60,103 nucleotides of DNA, taken from contig JBGAIN010000032.1 in NCBI GenBank assembly GCA_044225505.1, forward strand, positions 1-60,103, written 5' to 3'. A model generated the notes under the pieces. That model saw only the letters and a list, made by a program, of their open reading frames with translations. It made no database searches and was not told the origin of the DNA. Below, piece after piece: positions 1-10,200 of the stretch. Within the stretch, counting starts at the first letter, position 1. Every line of letters begins with the position of its first letter. This stretch comes from Limisphaerales bacterium (GTDB lineage: Bacteria > Verrucomicrobiota > Verrucomicrobiia > Limisphaerales > SIBE01). The position numbers were made by a program, and so were the translations under genes.

Positions 1-639
1 GCGTTCGGTGCCGAACTTGTGAATCTTCAGCAGTTGAAGAACCGCTGCGGTGTTAGGGGAAACTTCGAGATACGGATATCTGTGATGGAGCGACCGGAAA
101 CTCCCGTCACTTGGGGTTTTTGGCGCCCCGTGATCCTGCTTCCGAAAGCGGCCCAGGATTGGACCAGCGAGCGTTTGGAGGCCGTGCTTCTCCACGAGCT
201 TGGACATGTGCACCGGCGGGACCACCTGACCCAGATCCTCACGTTCGTGGTTTGCTCCTTTCACTGGTTCAACCCGATCTTCTGGCGGGCGGCACGGCAG
301 CTGGAAACCGACGCCGAGATCGCTGCCGATGACTTTGCCATCCTTGCGGGCATTCGACCGTCGGTCTACGCAGCGGAATTGCTTCACCTCGCTCGGCAGG
401 CCCATTCCCGAGTTCGCATAATGAACTTGGCTGAGACTTCGATGGTGAAACTCACAACGGTAGAACATCGGATCACGTCCATTGTTGATCCGGCAGCAGC
501 GCGTGGCCCGATCGGGCTCTGGCGCCTCGCGCTCGTGAAAGCCTTGATTCTAACTCTCTTTGTGTCGGCCGGTCTTTCGATCCGAGCCTTCAATCCAGAA
601 GTCAAAGCACCGACCTGTCTGCCCAACGAGGTTCCATGA
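1..639 (+). CDS. M56 family (BlaR1/MecR1-like) metallopeptidase, 5'-partial
   Basis: Frame open from base 1; P-x-TWGFWRPVILLP, HELGH zinc motif, FHWFNP, E-x-AAD, typical of peptidase M56. Confidence 0.9.
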   Translation, partial: AFGAELVNLQQLKNRCGVRGNFEIRISVMERPETPVTWGFWRPVILLPKAAQDWTSERLEAVLLHELGHVHRRDHLTQILTFVVCSFHWFNPIFWRAARQLETDAEIAADDFAILAGIRPSVYAAELLHLARQAHSRVRIMNLAETSMVKLTTVEHRITSIVDPAAARGPIGLWRLALVKALILTLFVSAGLSIRAFNPEVKAPTCLPNEVP

Positions 640-2588
640 AAAAGCTCAGATTCTTGGCGTTTGTTTCCTGGTGTATCTGGCCGTTAGTCCGCTGCGTTGC
701 CGCTCCTCTGGCAAATGTGGAGGAGGGTTTTGCACTTCGCACGGTGATGGAAGGGAAACATTTCAATTCGTTCGCGTGGGACGAACATGGTTTCCTATGG
801 ATAATCCGCGGAACGGGCAATCGCCTTACGGTGGAAAGGGCCGGCGCTGCAGGTCCGAGCGCTACGATTCGGAGCTCCGGGACTTATCCAGCGGGCCTTT
901 TGGTGAAGGGGGATACGGTTTTCATCTCGGATGGCGGCACTATTCGCGTGTTCCAGCGGAACGGGAAACGGTTGATCGAGAATCCTCCATTGGTTCCACC
1001 CCGTAACGTATTTCCGCGGCAGACGCAAATTTCGTCGTTGCGATGGTCTCCATTGGGAGACATCCATTTCTTTTTTCATCATGAGGCTGGAATCGGACGA
1101 GTCCGGCCTGGAGGCAGCCAATGGGCTGTTTTGGCCCGAGGAATCGACGGAGGAGAATTCTCGTTCGACTCACAGGGCCTCATGGTCGCATCGGATAAAA
1201 TATCGAGCCAGCTCTTTCGGGTTGCACATGGACTTGACTACCTGGCTGGATTGGAGAACTACACGAAGGAGGACGTGGCCATGCGGCTGGATCGAAAGGG
1301 CCTGAAACCATCCGCAGTCGGTGTCTATACGGGCGACCAGTGGCCCGCGGACAACGAAGGAACGTGGCTGCTCTACGACGTCCAAACGTCGACTCTCCAA
1401 CAGTTCCGCGAGGATGAGAATCGATTAAAGCACCGGCGTGATTTGGTGGTTTGGCGAGAGCCAACGCCTGTCTCGCAGATCCAGATCGGTCCCGACGGTG
1501 CCGTGTGGTTTATAGCAGCGGATTCGATCGTACGCCTGGAACACCAGCCAGGCAAGACGGCGACATTCTCCTCGGATGTGGCGAGCTTAACGACCTCGGA
1601 AGTCGTCGCTCGCCTGGGGAGCTCCAACTCTTGGCATCGTGAGACGGCTCTGCGGGTTCTTGATTCACGAGAGGAACTTGTGGCCGCACGCGGTTTGCAT
1701 CCTTCGACCGACCTGCACCGACTATTGTCCGAGGCAACCAACACTCCTCTGGCGCGCTTGCATGCGCTTTGGGCCCAGCACCGCGTCGGATTGTTAGACG
1801 AAGGGGGGCTCGAGACGGCCGCGGACGATGCCTCGCCTCTCTTGCGTTTGTGGTCCGCACGCCTTTTCGGCGAGAGGAAGTATCCCACTGGCACCGCGTT
1901 CGGGAAGCTGGAGAAGATGGCTCACGACACCAATCGCGCGGTCAGGATTGCGGTCGCGATGGCCGCGCGCCAGTTCGTCTCGGGCTCGCTTGTCGATGAC
2001 ACCCCTCCTCCGATCATGCCGATTCGGGAAGTGTTCACCGGCGGAATTCTAAGCACGCTCTGGTTTAGCACGGAGCAGGGAAGCACCCCGGAGTTCGACC
2101 TGCTGTTCTGGAATGCGGTAAAACCAATCAGCGCGTTTGATGCCGCTCATCCTTTGGGGTTCTTCCAAGGCGACCGCGAAGAAAAGATGCCTATTGCGTA
2201 TTGGATCATCACGCGCATTGCTCGCCAGGTTGCCGAAATGACAGATCCCCTCAAACAGGAAGACGCGATGCTCATGCTCACCAACCTAAAGCCTGTCAAC
2301 CATCGGATGCTTGGATGCGCATTGCGAGGTTTGAAGGACGGTTTGCACAGTCGAAAGGTGATTCCCACCGAGAAGAGTTTAGACGTGCTTCGTCAATTTG
2401 TCCGAAGCCAACATCCGGAGGTTGCGGGACTGGCCAAAGAGGTTCTGGAGGGCTGGAGCATGCCACTTCCAAAAAACGTGAGCCAAACAGTCTTGCGCGG
2501 TCGGGATGGTCGCCGTGAGCGCCCTTGCGCTTCGCTCGCGCCTTGCGGACGAGGCAAAACTCCTGGCCGCGAAAGCTTACGGAATTAG
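636..2588 (+). CDS. Exported protein with N-terminal beta-propeller-like region and HEAT/PBS-like repeats (resembles the body of PVC membrane-bound dehydrogenase proteins; no CxxCH)
   Basis: Signal-like N-terminus; YTGDQWP and IQIGPDGAVWF propeller motifs; RLHALWA / LRLWSARLFGE / VRIAVAMAARQ helical repeats; ATGA overlap with the upstream gene. Confidence 0.65.
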   Translation: MKKLRFLAFVSWCIWPLVRCVAAPLANVEEGFALRTVMEGKHFNSFAWDEHGFLWIIRGTGNRLTVERAGAAGPSATIRSSGTYPAGLLVKGDTVFISDGGTIRVFQRNGKRLIENPPLVPPRNVFPRQTQISSLRWSPLGDIHFFFHHEAGIGRVRPGGSQWAVLARGIDGGEFSFDSQGLMVASDKISSQLFRVAHGLDYLAGLENYTKEDVAMRLDRKGLKPSAVGVYTGDQWPADNEGTWLLYDVQTSTLQQFREDENRLKHRRDLVVWREPTPVSQIQIGPDGAVWFIAADSIVRLEHQPGKTATFSSDVASLTTSEVVARLGSSNSWHRETALRVLDSREELVAARGLHPSTDLHRLLSEATNTPLARLHALWAQHRVGLLDEGGLETAADDASPLLRLWSARLFGERKYPTGTAFGKLEKMAHDTNRAVRIAVAMAARQFVSGSLVDDTPPPIMPIREVFTGGILSTLWFSTEQGSTPEFDLLFWNAVKPISAFDAAHPLGFFQGDREEKMPIAYWIITRIARQVAEMTDPLKQEDAMLMLTNLKPVNHRMLGCALRGLKDGLHSRKVIPTEKSLDVLRQFVRSQHPEVAGLAKEVLEGWSMPLPKNVSQTVLRGRDGRRERPCASLAPCGRGKTPGRESLRN

Positions 2589-2756
2589 GGGTCGGCACAC
2601 TAGCTGACGGTTTGGCTGCCGTGGACGCGTGGCGGCTCATTCAGCTTCTGGGGGAGAAACGCGACGACTCTTTCGGTAAGACCGACGATTTCGGTAGCCG
2701 CCAACATGCCTCTCGAGGATGCCTTCCGTCGCGCTACCCGCACGCCAAACACGCTC

Positions 2757-2826
2757 TAACCCCTATGAGACCCCTATCGCGATAGGGTTCTCATAGGGTT
2801 CTCATAGGGTTCTCATAGGGTTCTCA
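2757..2826. repeat. 11-bp-unit tandem/inverted repeat (unit CATAGGGTTCT)
   Basis: Four direct units at 2781-2824, preceded by two inverted degenerate units at 2757-2778, centred on TCGCGA. Confidence 0.9.
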
Positions 2827-3112
2827 ACGAGAGCCGCCGCTGGTATTCTTGGTCCGAATCGGGTCGACGGCAAGACGGATGCCGATCGGGTGTTCGAAAC
2901 GCAGACGACGACCTTCGCGAAGACGTTAGATGCTCGTTAACGAATCCTTCGTAACCGGCGGGGTGTAAGTGAATGGCTGCAGCGTAATGGTTTACATCAG
3001 GCGGTGACAAAATGTCACCATTCGCTCCGGTCCGCCCCGCCTCCATAGATACACTTGGGAACGCCGAGGCAGACTGACGCTTGTGGAAGCACTTCGATGA
3101 GGCAATGGCAGA

Positions 3113-5479
3113 TCACTCATGGGTTGCGCGAATTCGGAAATAGCCATTATTGCGATCGATAGGAGCCGTAAAACTTCCGGCCTGCCCATCGCCAATAACC
3201 GAGGCTCCGCCCGTCCAAGGTGTTGCGCCGGTTCCCAGCGTTGGCCTCGATTCGACGCGGTAACTGACCCCTGTTTTCGTGGGGAAACGAATCAGAACTT
3301 GATCTGCGGACCTAACTACTGACAGGCGCGGAGGTTCTGTATAGATCTGCGCGCCGGACAGGTTTGTGATGGCAAACGGCAAGGCGAGGTCCGCGCGGAA
3401 AATATGGCCACCGCGATGTTGCTCGTAGGAGGACGCGAAGCCCAGGGTGGCAAGGGCGTTGGTGAAAGCCATCGAGCCACTCGCCAGAGTGACCGAATCT
3501 TTTGTTCCATGCACGAGCTTGATCGCGGTCAGCCGGAAGGGTTGGGCGGCGTAGCGCGTCAAATCGCCGTTCTGGACGTCTCCCTCGCTTAAGGCCTGAA
3601 TGGCCGCGGTGTTCGTTGTCAGTTGACCAGCCACCGTTTCGTAGGGGTAATCCGTGAACAACGGCGGGCGCTGCGGATTCGGTAGCAACCCTGCAAGAAG
3701 CGCTTGAGTCGCATCATTGGGAAAAGCCAACCGGTCGAACTGGGCGAAGGTCGATGGACGCACTCCCGCGAGGTTCCTGAAGAGCGATTTGGTCCGTTCA
3801 GACTGCGTATCGTAAAACCCTGCCTCAGCGACCAGCACCGAGAACACGTTCGGGAATTTTAGCGCCAGGTGGGCTGCGCCCCAGCCACCCATCGAATAAC
3901 CGACAATCCCGCGGCTTTCTCGGACGGGAAGCGTGCGATAGGACGTATCGATCCAATTGACTAAGTCTGTCGCGATATAGGTTTCATAATCTCCGATCAC
4001 CGGCGAACTGAGATAGAACGACCCGTACAGCCGGTTCGTCGCGCAGACGGAAACCACGATCACTTCACCCAACTGCCGGCTCGCGATCATCGTGTCAAGA
4101 AACGGCGGAATCGCCGATGGCACCGGCTCGCTGGCCTGGATGAAGAGGGTTTCATTATCGCCGTAACCATGAAGAGCATAGACCACCGGATAGCGATTGG
4201 TTGTGTAATCGTAGCTGGGCGGCAGATAGACCATGTAAGGTCGGACTGAGGAATCGCCATACAGATTTGTTTTCAAGCTTGGGCTGTCGATTTGCCCACG
4301 CTCAATCCGCCCGTGGGTCAGAGGAGGGAAAGGGCAAATCTCGTTGCCCTCCTGGGTCGCGCTAGCCAGAGGCTGAATGGTGACGTTTGTGGTCACGTTG
4401 CAGAAACGATTGCTCATCACCAGGGCGTTGACCGTGATGCCCAGGGCAGTTCCAGAGACCGGATCCCGGCCCAGCAGCCGAATGCCTTCCGGCATTTCTT
4501 CAAACTCGTTGTTAGAAATCGTCAGGCCGGTTCCGCTGACGACCACTCCTCCCGGGGTAATTCCAGCGGCGCTTCCAAGAAGATGATTATCGCGAATGAT
4601 GGTTCCATTCGCTTTCACCAACGCAATATGGTTTTGGTTATCCCGAAGTACATTCCCGACGATTTCCAGTGGTTGCAGAGTCCCGTAGGCTGGGAGATTG
4701 GCTTCGTTGCTCGCCACGATGCCAAAGGAAATCAGGGGATCTGAAGTGGCTCCGACGTAGGACATTCCGCTGATGGTATTGCCCGCAATCCGCCCGCCAA
4801 CACCTTCCCCAATGTAAATTCCCAACTGATGAAAACCGGTGTCGAGCGGCCCGAGCCCGACGATCGTGTTGTTCTCCAACGTGATCGTCATGCTCTTCTT
4901 GGAAGGCGCTCCAGCGAGGTAAATACTCTCGTAATTGTCAGTGAACGTGCAGCCGACGACCCGGACGTTGATGTTGGTGCTGTCTCGGGTGAACGCGATG
5001 ATGGCTTGAGTGCGGTTCGGTCCTGGGACACGTTCGCGGAATCCGATGAAAGCGCAATCCTCTGCATCAATGCTGCTGCGGAGGCCAAATACGCCATTCA
5101 AATCCCCGATACCGGGCTTGACTAACTGGTCGGCCAAGCCTCCGCCGTCAAAGGTCAATCCCCTGAAGGCGACCTCGGAGGATTGGACGGCGACGATGGG
5201 AATGGACCCGCTCCCGGGAAAAAGTGACATTTCCGGGGTGGCGCGAAGAATCGCTCCCGGCTCTCCGAGCAAAGTCAACTTCTTGGAGAGGATCTGCACT
5301 TGGCCGGTATACACTCCCGAGGCGATGTGGATGACATCGTTGGTGTGGGCCGCGTCCACGGCGCTTTGGATGTTCGAATAGTCCACCGGCACCTGAAGAT
5401 CTGCAGCGAAAGAGCTGATGATCGAGGTTTGGCGCAAAAGCATGGCAGCACCCAAGCCCATTGTGAGAAATCGTTTCAT
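3113..5479 (-). CDS. Secreted right-handed beta-helix + alpha/beta-hydrolase (putative esterase) fusion with C-terminal YFR module
   Basis: Start MKRFLTMG at 5479; IQSAVDAA..GVY beta-helix start; VYLPPSY, YPVVYALHG, GYSMGG nucleophile elbow, GGH; ends GYFRIRATHE. Confidence 0.85.
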   Translation of the reverse strand: MKRFLTMGLGAAMLLRQTSIISSFAADLQVPVDYSNIQSAVDAAHTNDVIHIASGVYTGQVQILSKKLTLLGEPGAILRATPEMSLFPGSGSIPIVAVQSSEVAFRGLTFDGGGLADQLVKPGIGDLNGVFGLRSSIDAEDCAFIGFRERVPGPNRTQAIIAFTRDSTNINVRVVGCTFTDNYESIYLAGAPSKKSMTITLENNTIVGLGPLDTGFHQLGIYIGEGVGGRIAGNTISGMSYVGATSDPLISFGIVASNEANLPAYGTLQPLEIVGNVLRDNQNHIALVKANGTIIRDNHLLGSAAGITPGGVVVSGTGLTISNNEFEEMPEGIRLLGRDPVSGTALGITVNALVMSNRFCNVTTNVTIQPLASATQEGNEICPFPPLTHGRIERGQIDSPSLKTNLYGDSSVRPYMVYLPPSYDYTTNRYPVVYALHGYGDNETLFIQASEPVPSAIPPFLDTMIASRQLGEVIVVSVCATNRLYGSFYLSSPVIGDYETYIATDLVNWIDTSYRTLPVRESRGIVGYSMGGWGAAHLALKFPNVFSVLVAEAGFYDTQSERTKSLFRNLAGVRPSTFAQFDRLAFPNDATQALLAGLLPNPQRPPLFTDYPYETVAGQLTTNTAAIQALSEGDVQNGDLTRYAAQPFRLTAIKLVHGTKDSVTLASGSMAFTNALATLGFASSYEQHRGGHIFRADLALPFAITNLSGAQIYTEPPRLSVVRSADQVLIRFPTKTGVSYRVESRPTLGTGATPWTGGASVIGDGQAGSFTAPIDRNNGYFRIRATHE

Positions 5480-6013
5480 AAAAGCCCATCGGCAGAGTAT
5501 CATCGACCTAATAAGCCCGAAAACTCGATTCTGATTACATGAAGAATCGGCTTGGCAGCCATTCTCCGATTTTCCATGCCCTGGTGAGCGTCGCCAAGTC
5601 GACTTGAGGTCAGCGACTTGGACATAACATCGGACTTGGATCGGAGGAAGCTGCTGTGGCTTAAATGCTTGCCAATTTTGGTGACGTTTCCGATTGCATT
5701 TGCGGTGGAGCATTCAAGACAAAGCCTTGCCCGGACTAACAAAGCGGACGCACCGAGCCTGACCGTAACGCTTTTATTCGAGAGCGAACGACGTAAATTG
5801 GGAACCAGTAAGCCGCACAGAGTTTTGGAAGAGCAATGGGCACAAATCCCGAAGAATTCTCCTGGGCTGCCAGCACGACGGTCCAATGCGTTGTGTCGAA
5901 TGCCGGCTACGGATGATCGTGAAAATCGCCAAAATCCCGGGAACAGCTCATGGCCCGACCGTTTCTGACGCCGCCGCGTTTCCGCGCCAGGCCCGTTTTT
6001 CTTGCGAGCCTGA

Positions 6014-6305
6014 TTATGGAACATCGGTGGTGACAAGCGTCAGTGTCCAGCCTCCGGCGATACGGCCCGCATTGCCTGCCCGGTCATCGACCACGTAGCG
6101 AGACCAGGTCCCGTTAATCGCGGCGGAAGACAAGCCGTTAAACGAGCTCAAAGACGTAGTGTAGGGTCCGCGAGGGCGGGTGCCGGCATAGCGTCGCCAG
6201 GCTCGTAGTCTGTCGGCTTGAAAGTCCCAGTACTGATCACGGAGTTTCGAGGAAGAAACGCGGTTGCCGAGTCGGACAAGGTCAAAGGTAACGTCGATAG
6301 CGCGC
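6014..6305 (-). pseudogene. 3' fragment of a proprotein-convertase P-domain-like protein (frameshifted)
   Basis: Minus-strand manual translation LTLSDSATAFLP..GTFKPTDYEPGDAMPAPA / GPYTTSLSSFNG..NGTWSRYVVDDRAGNAGRIAGGWTLTLVTTDVP*; absent from the ORF track. Confidence 0.65.
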
Positions 6306-6308
6306 TAC

Positions 6309-6665
6309 GTCCCCCATGGTTTGTGGGAGCGGTCCATCGCCGATCATAGCAGCTATGCCTTCAACGGCGGTAACTCTTTGGCTGCGTCCAACGCATGCAT
6401 TGCCGGCCTAACTCTCAGTGCGATTCGCGAACCAGCAAAGACCATTCTCGTCGCCGAAGGCTCAGCTTACATTCCCTGGTCCTGGCATAGACCCAAACGC
6501 CCCCTAACACACGAGAATGCCAGGTTCAACAACGCCCTAAACATGACCAGCTTTGTGGAGGGTCATGTCAGCTACATTCAAATCTTTTGGGACGCCCGTC
6601 GTTCCGGACTCGCTCTCTATTATGATCCTCCTCCCGGATACGACTATCGCTGGAGCGGCAACTGA
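6309..6665 (+). pseudogene. C-terminal half of a prepilin-type / H-X9-DG domain protein
   Basis: SSYAFNGGN, EPAKTILVAE, WSWH, NMTSFVEGHVSYI; the N-terminal GFTLIELL region is missing. Confidence 0.7.
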
Positions 6666-6875
6666 GGCTTGCGTTGCGGGGGCGGACCTGGAGAGTTGCT
6701 TGTCGTAGGGCCGCTTAGGAATCTCGATCTCGTTAGAAGTCACGTTTGCGCACGATTTCGCGGTATCGAACAGTGTTTCTAACGCTCAGGTATTTCCAGA
6801 TACGCCGGCAAAGGACTGTAGGATCACTCATTGCAACGTTAACGGTTGTCGAAGCGGAAATTAGTTGCACAGAAC

Positions 6876-6915
6876 GATTACGTGTGTAATCTGTCTATCG
6901 ATTACACTTGTAAAC
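6876..6915. promoter_or_regulatory. Tandem BlaI/MecI/CopY operator boxes
   Basis: GATTACGTGTGTAATC (6876-6891) and GATTACACTTGTAAAC (6900-6915), matching TACA-NN-TGTA directly upstream of the repressor ATG; TTGCAC -35-like hexamer at 6865. Confidence 0.85.
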
Positions 6916-6917
6916 GT

Positions 6918-7295
6918 ATGCATGTTCCCAAGATCTCCGAAACTGAGTGGGAAATTATGAAGGTCATTTGGCCAAGCTATCCCTGCTCAGCGGGCGAAGT
7001 CATCGAACGCTTAGCCGCGTTGGATTCCGCTTGGCATCCGAAGACGGTTAAGACTCTTCTCAATCGGTTGGTTCAGAAGAAGGCGCTCGGCTTTAAGAAG
7101 GACGGTCGTGCTTATTTGTATCGGCCGCTCGTTTCGGAGGAACAATGCGTGAAAGTGGCAAGTGAGTCCTTCCTGGAACGAGTGTTTGGCGGAGCGCTCA
7201 AGCCAATGTTGGCTCATATGATTGAGCAACGGAAACTGAGTCGCTCTGAAATCAACGAACTCAAAGAGATTTTAGACGGGAGAAAACGGTCATGA
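6918..7295 (+). CDS. BlaI/MecI/CopY family transcriptional repressor
   Basis: ISETEWEIMKVIW, TVKTLLNRLVQKKAL, GRAYLYRP, SFLERVFGG; start placed at ATG 6918 after the operators. Confidence 0.95.
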   Translation: MHVPKISETEWEIMKVIWPSYPCSAGEVIERLAALDSAWHPKTVKTLLNRLVQKKALGFKKDGRAYLYRPLVSEEQCVKVASESFLERVFGGALKPMLAHMIEQRKLSRSEINELKEILDGRKRS

Positions 7296-10200
7296 TCACC
7301 TTTTCCATGACGTCAGCGTTCGATCAGTGGCTGCTTCGAACCACCTGGCAAGTTAGCCTCTTGGTCTGTCTAGTGTTGTTCGTCCAAACGCTATGCCGTG
7401 ATCGACTCAGCTCGCGCTGGCGCTTCCGGCTTTGGTGGCTGGTGATTATCAAACTCCTATGCCCGGTCTTTCCCGCGAGCCGACTCAGCGCCCTCAATCT
7501 CGTTTCGTCTACTCCGGCATCGGTGGTAGTGAGTGCGGTGACAAATTCACCTCGAGAGAATGCTTCCTCTTTTTCTGGAAATGCATCGAGTCCAGAACGG
7601 CCGACTACGATAGCCGTAACGCCGGCGACGGCTCCGCCGTCACCTGTTGCTACTACCCATTCGCGGTGGGAGGTGGTCACTTGGTCTGTGATGCTGCGTA
7701 CGATTTGGTTTATCGGCGTTCTGTCGCTGCTTGGCCGGCTGATCTACGAACAGAAGCGAATGGCTGCAAGTCTCCAGTCTGCGAAACCAATCGAGGAGCC
7801 TGGGGTTCTGGCGCTGTTACTAGACGCTCGGGAACAACTCCGATTGAAGAAGCGAGTCGTGCTGTTGGAAACCGATGCGGTGCAGAGTCCAGCTCTCTAT
7901 GGGTTCTTTCAACCGCGTCTCTTGCTCCCAGTTGGACTGACCAAGCGCTTTTCCGGAACGGAACTCCGCTATGTCTTGCTGCACGAACTGGCGCATATCA
8001 AACACCATGACATTGCTCTCAATTGGTTGTTGGCTCTGATTCAAGTCTTCCACTGGTTTAACCCATTTGTCTGGTTGGCAATGAGCCGGATGCGGACGGA
8101 TCGAGAAGTAGCTTGCGATGCCCGGGTCTTAAGCTTGGGAAATTGTGATGAGAGCCGGGAATATGGAGCGACGGTGATTAAGTTGCTGGAGACATTCAAC
8201 GCACGACCCTCCATTGTCCCGAGTCTGGCTACTATCTTGGAGGGAAAGGACCAGATGAGACTTCGAATCAAAATGATCGCGCATTTCGGGACTAACCCAC
8301 GTTTCGCTTGGGTTGGAGCCATTCTCATTGCCGCACTGGGCGTTGTGTTTTTGACGGAGGCACAGCCCAAACCCAGTGATTCGTCGTTGCGAGCAAACTC
8401 GACTCGGCCAGATCTGAAAGCTGACGAGGGGAAGCTAGGGACGATTCCAGAGAACAGAGATCTCCTATTCTTGGTTCTAGATGGTGCGGACAATTCTCCA
8501 CTTTCCGAGGTTCAACTAAAGATCACGTGTTGTCGCCAGCACCAATGCTCTTTGCTTGGCCGCTTTGCCACTCCTGCCTCTGGCCCGGCAAACATTCGAT
8601 ATCCTGCCGACGCCAGTTCGCTTGCTGTGCATTTGAGCAAAGAGGGCTACGTGCCAAAGTTGATCACTTGGCAGCCAAGTCGCAACGATCTCGTGGGTGG
8701 CCAATACTTCACGAAACTGGAGAAAGGTAGCACGATTGGCGGGTATGTCCGCGACTCGGACGGTCAGCCCGTGGCTGACGCCAAAATTTTCTTGAGTGGA
8801 CCAGGCATTGAAGATCCCATCGCCCGCGAACATTCCGGCCTGCAGGGGAATGTTTCCGCTGCCAGTACTGACGTCCAAGGGCGCTGGACTACCTCTACCG
8901 CGCCTGAGGACCTCAGCCGGGTTTCGTTCGGCGTAGAACATCCACAATTCGCTCCAGGAGGTTTTGCGCATGATGGAGCAAGCGGGAGCTATTCAGATCG
9001 CTCCAAATTGATCCCCCTCAGCGATCTTAGAGCGCGCCGAGCGGTATTCACATTGAATCGCGGGCAGACCGTTATGGGCGAGGTGCTGGATAGCAGCGGT
9101 CGACCTATTCGCAATGCAACCGTACTATTGGGAGAGAAGTTTGCGCAGGCACCACGCCAGCAAAAGACTGATGAAAACGGTCGGTTCCGATTCGACCGAC
9201 GCTCGCATGAGACAAGTGTAACAGTGGAAGCGAGCGGATACGCTCCCGACATCAAATTCGTTGATGGCAAGGAATCTGACCAACAGTTGACGTTTCGTTT
9301 GATGCCGGGCGGAGTGATCAAAGGGAAGGTGTTCGATGAACAACACCGTCCTCTTTCGGATGTGACGGTGAGCGTAGGCACCGCTATTTGGCGGGGAATA
9401 CAAACGCTCTCCTGGGATACCACCACGGATGAGCAAGGCCGGTTTGCCTGGGATTCGGCACCGTTAGACGGAATTACCATTGGTTTCATGAAACGAGGTT
9501 ACATGATTGTGGAACGGTCGTTCCATGCAGGTGGACCCGAGGAAACCATAGTGCTTGAACCCGAGCGTCGTTTCGCGGGACTAGTGACTGATGCTGATTC
9601 AGGTGAACCCATCTCGGAGTTGCGGGTCACGCCCGGTGAATCCTTCGGCGACGGCGCCAGTCAGATGGTGAACTGGCAACCGTTTCTGGGGGTTAAAGGG
9701 CGCAACGGCACCTTCTTACTTCATCCTGAGCGATCCATCCAGCTGATGCGCATTGAAGCCGATGGTTATATCCCTTTAGTAGCCTCGCTGTCGCAGGAAG
9801 CTAAGACGCTGAGTACAACCAACACTTTTAAGCTCAAACGCAGTGCCGCTTTCAGCGGAGTGGTTCGATTGCCCAACGGTTCCCCGGCGACTGGAGCTGA
9901 AGTCGCGGTGCGCTCGCGGGGTTCATTCCTGGAGCTTGGATGGGGCAAGTTCAACCGCCTGGGAGGACCTGAGGAAAGCAAGATTGCCACAACTGACACA
10001 GAAGGGCGTTTTTCCCTTCCAGCGCAAGCGGAGGTGACTTCCATCGTAGCGGTGCACGAAAAAGGCTATCTGGAGATTCCGGTTGAGAACGGCAGTGACC
10101 CGGTGCTGAAAATGAGCGAACCGCTCGTTCTTGAGCCTTGGGGACGTTTAGAGGGAGTCCTGCATGTGAATCATCGCCCCGCATCAAATCAAGCGGTGGC

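Noticed and set aside
2757..2826. CRISPR array
   Set aside because: 11-bp contiguous units with no spacers, and no cas genes
5955..6314. Reversed (non-complemented) or scrambled artificial-looking segment
   Set aside because: The reverse complement translates into a recognisable P-domain-like C-terminus, so it is an ordinary inverted gene fragment
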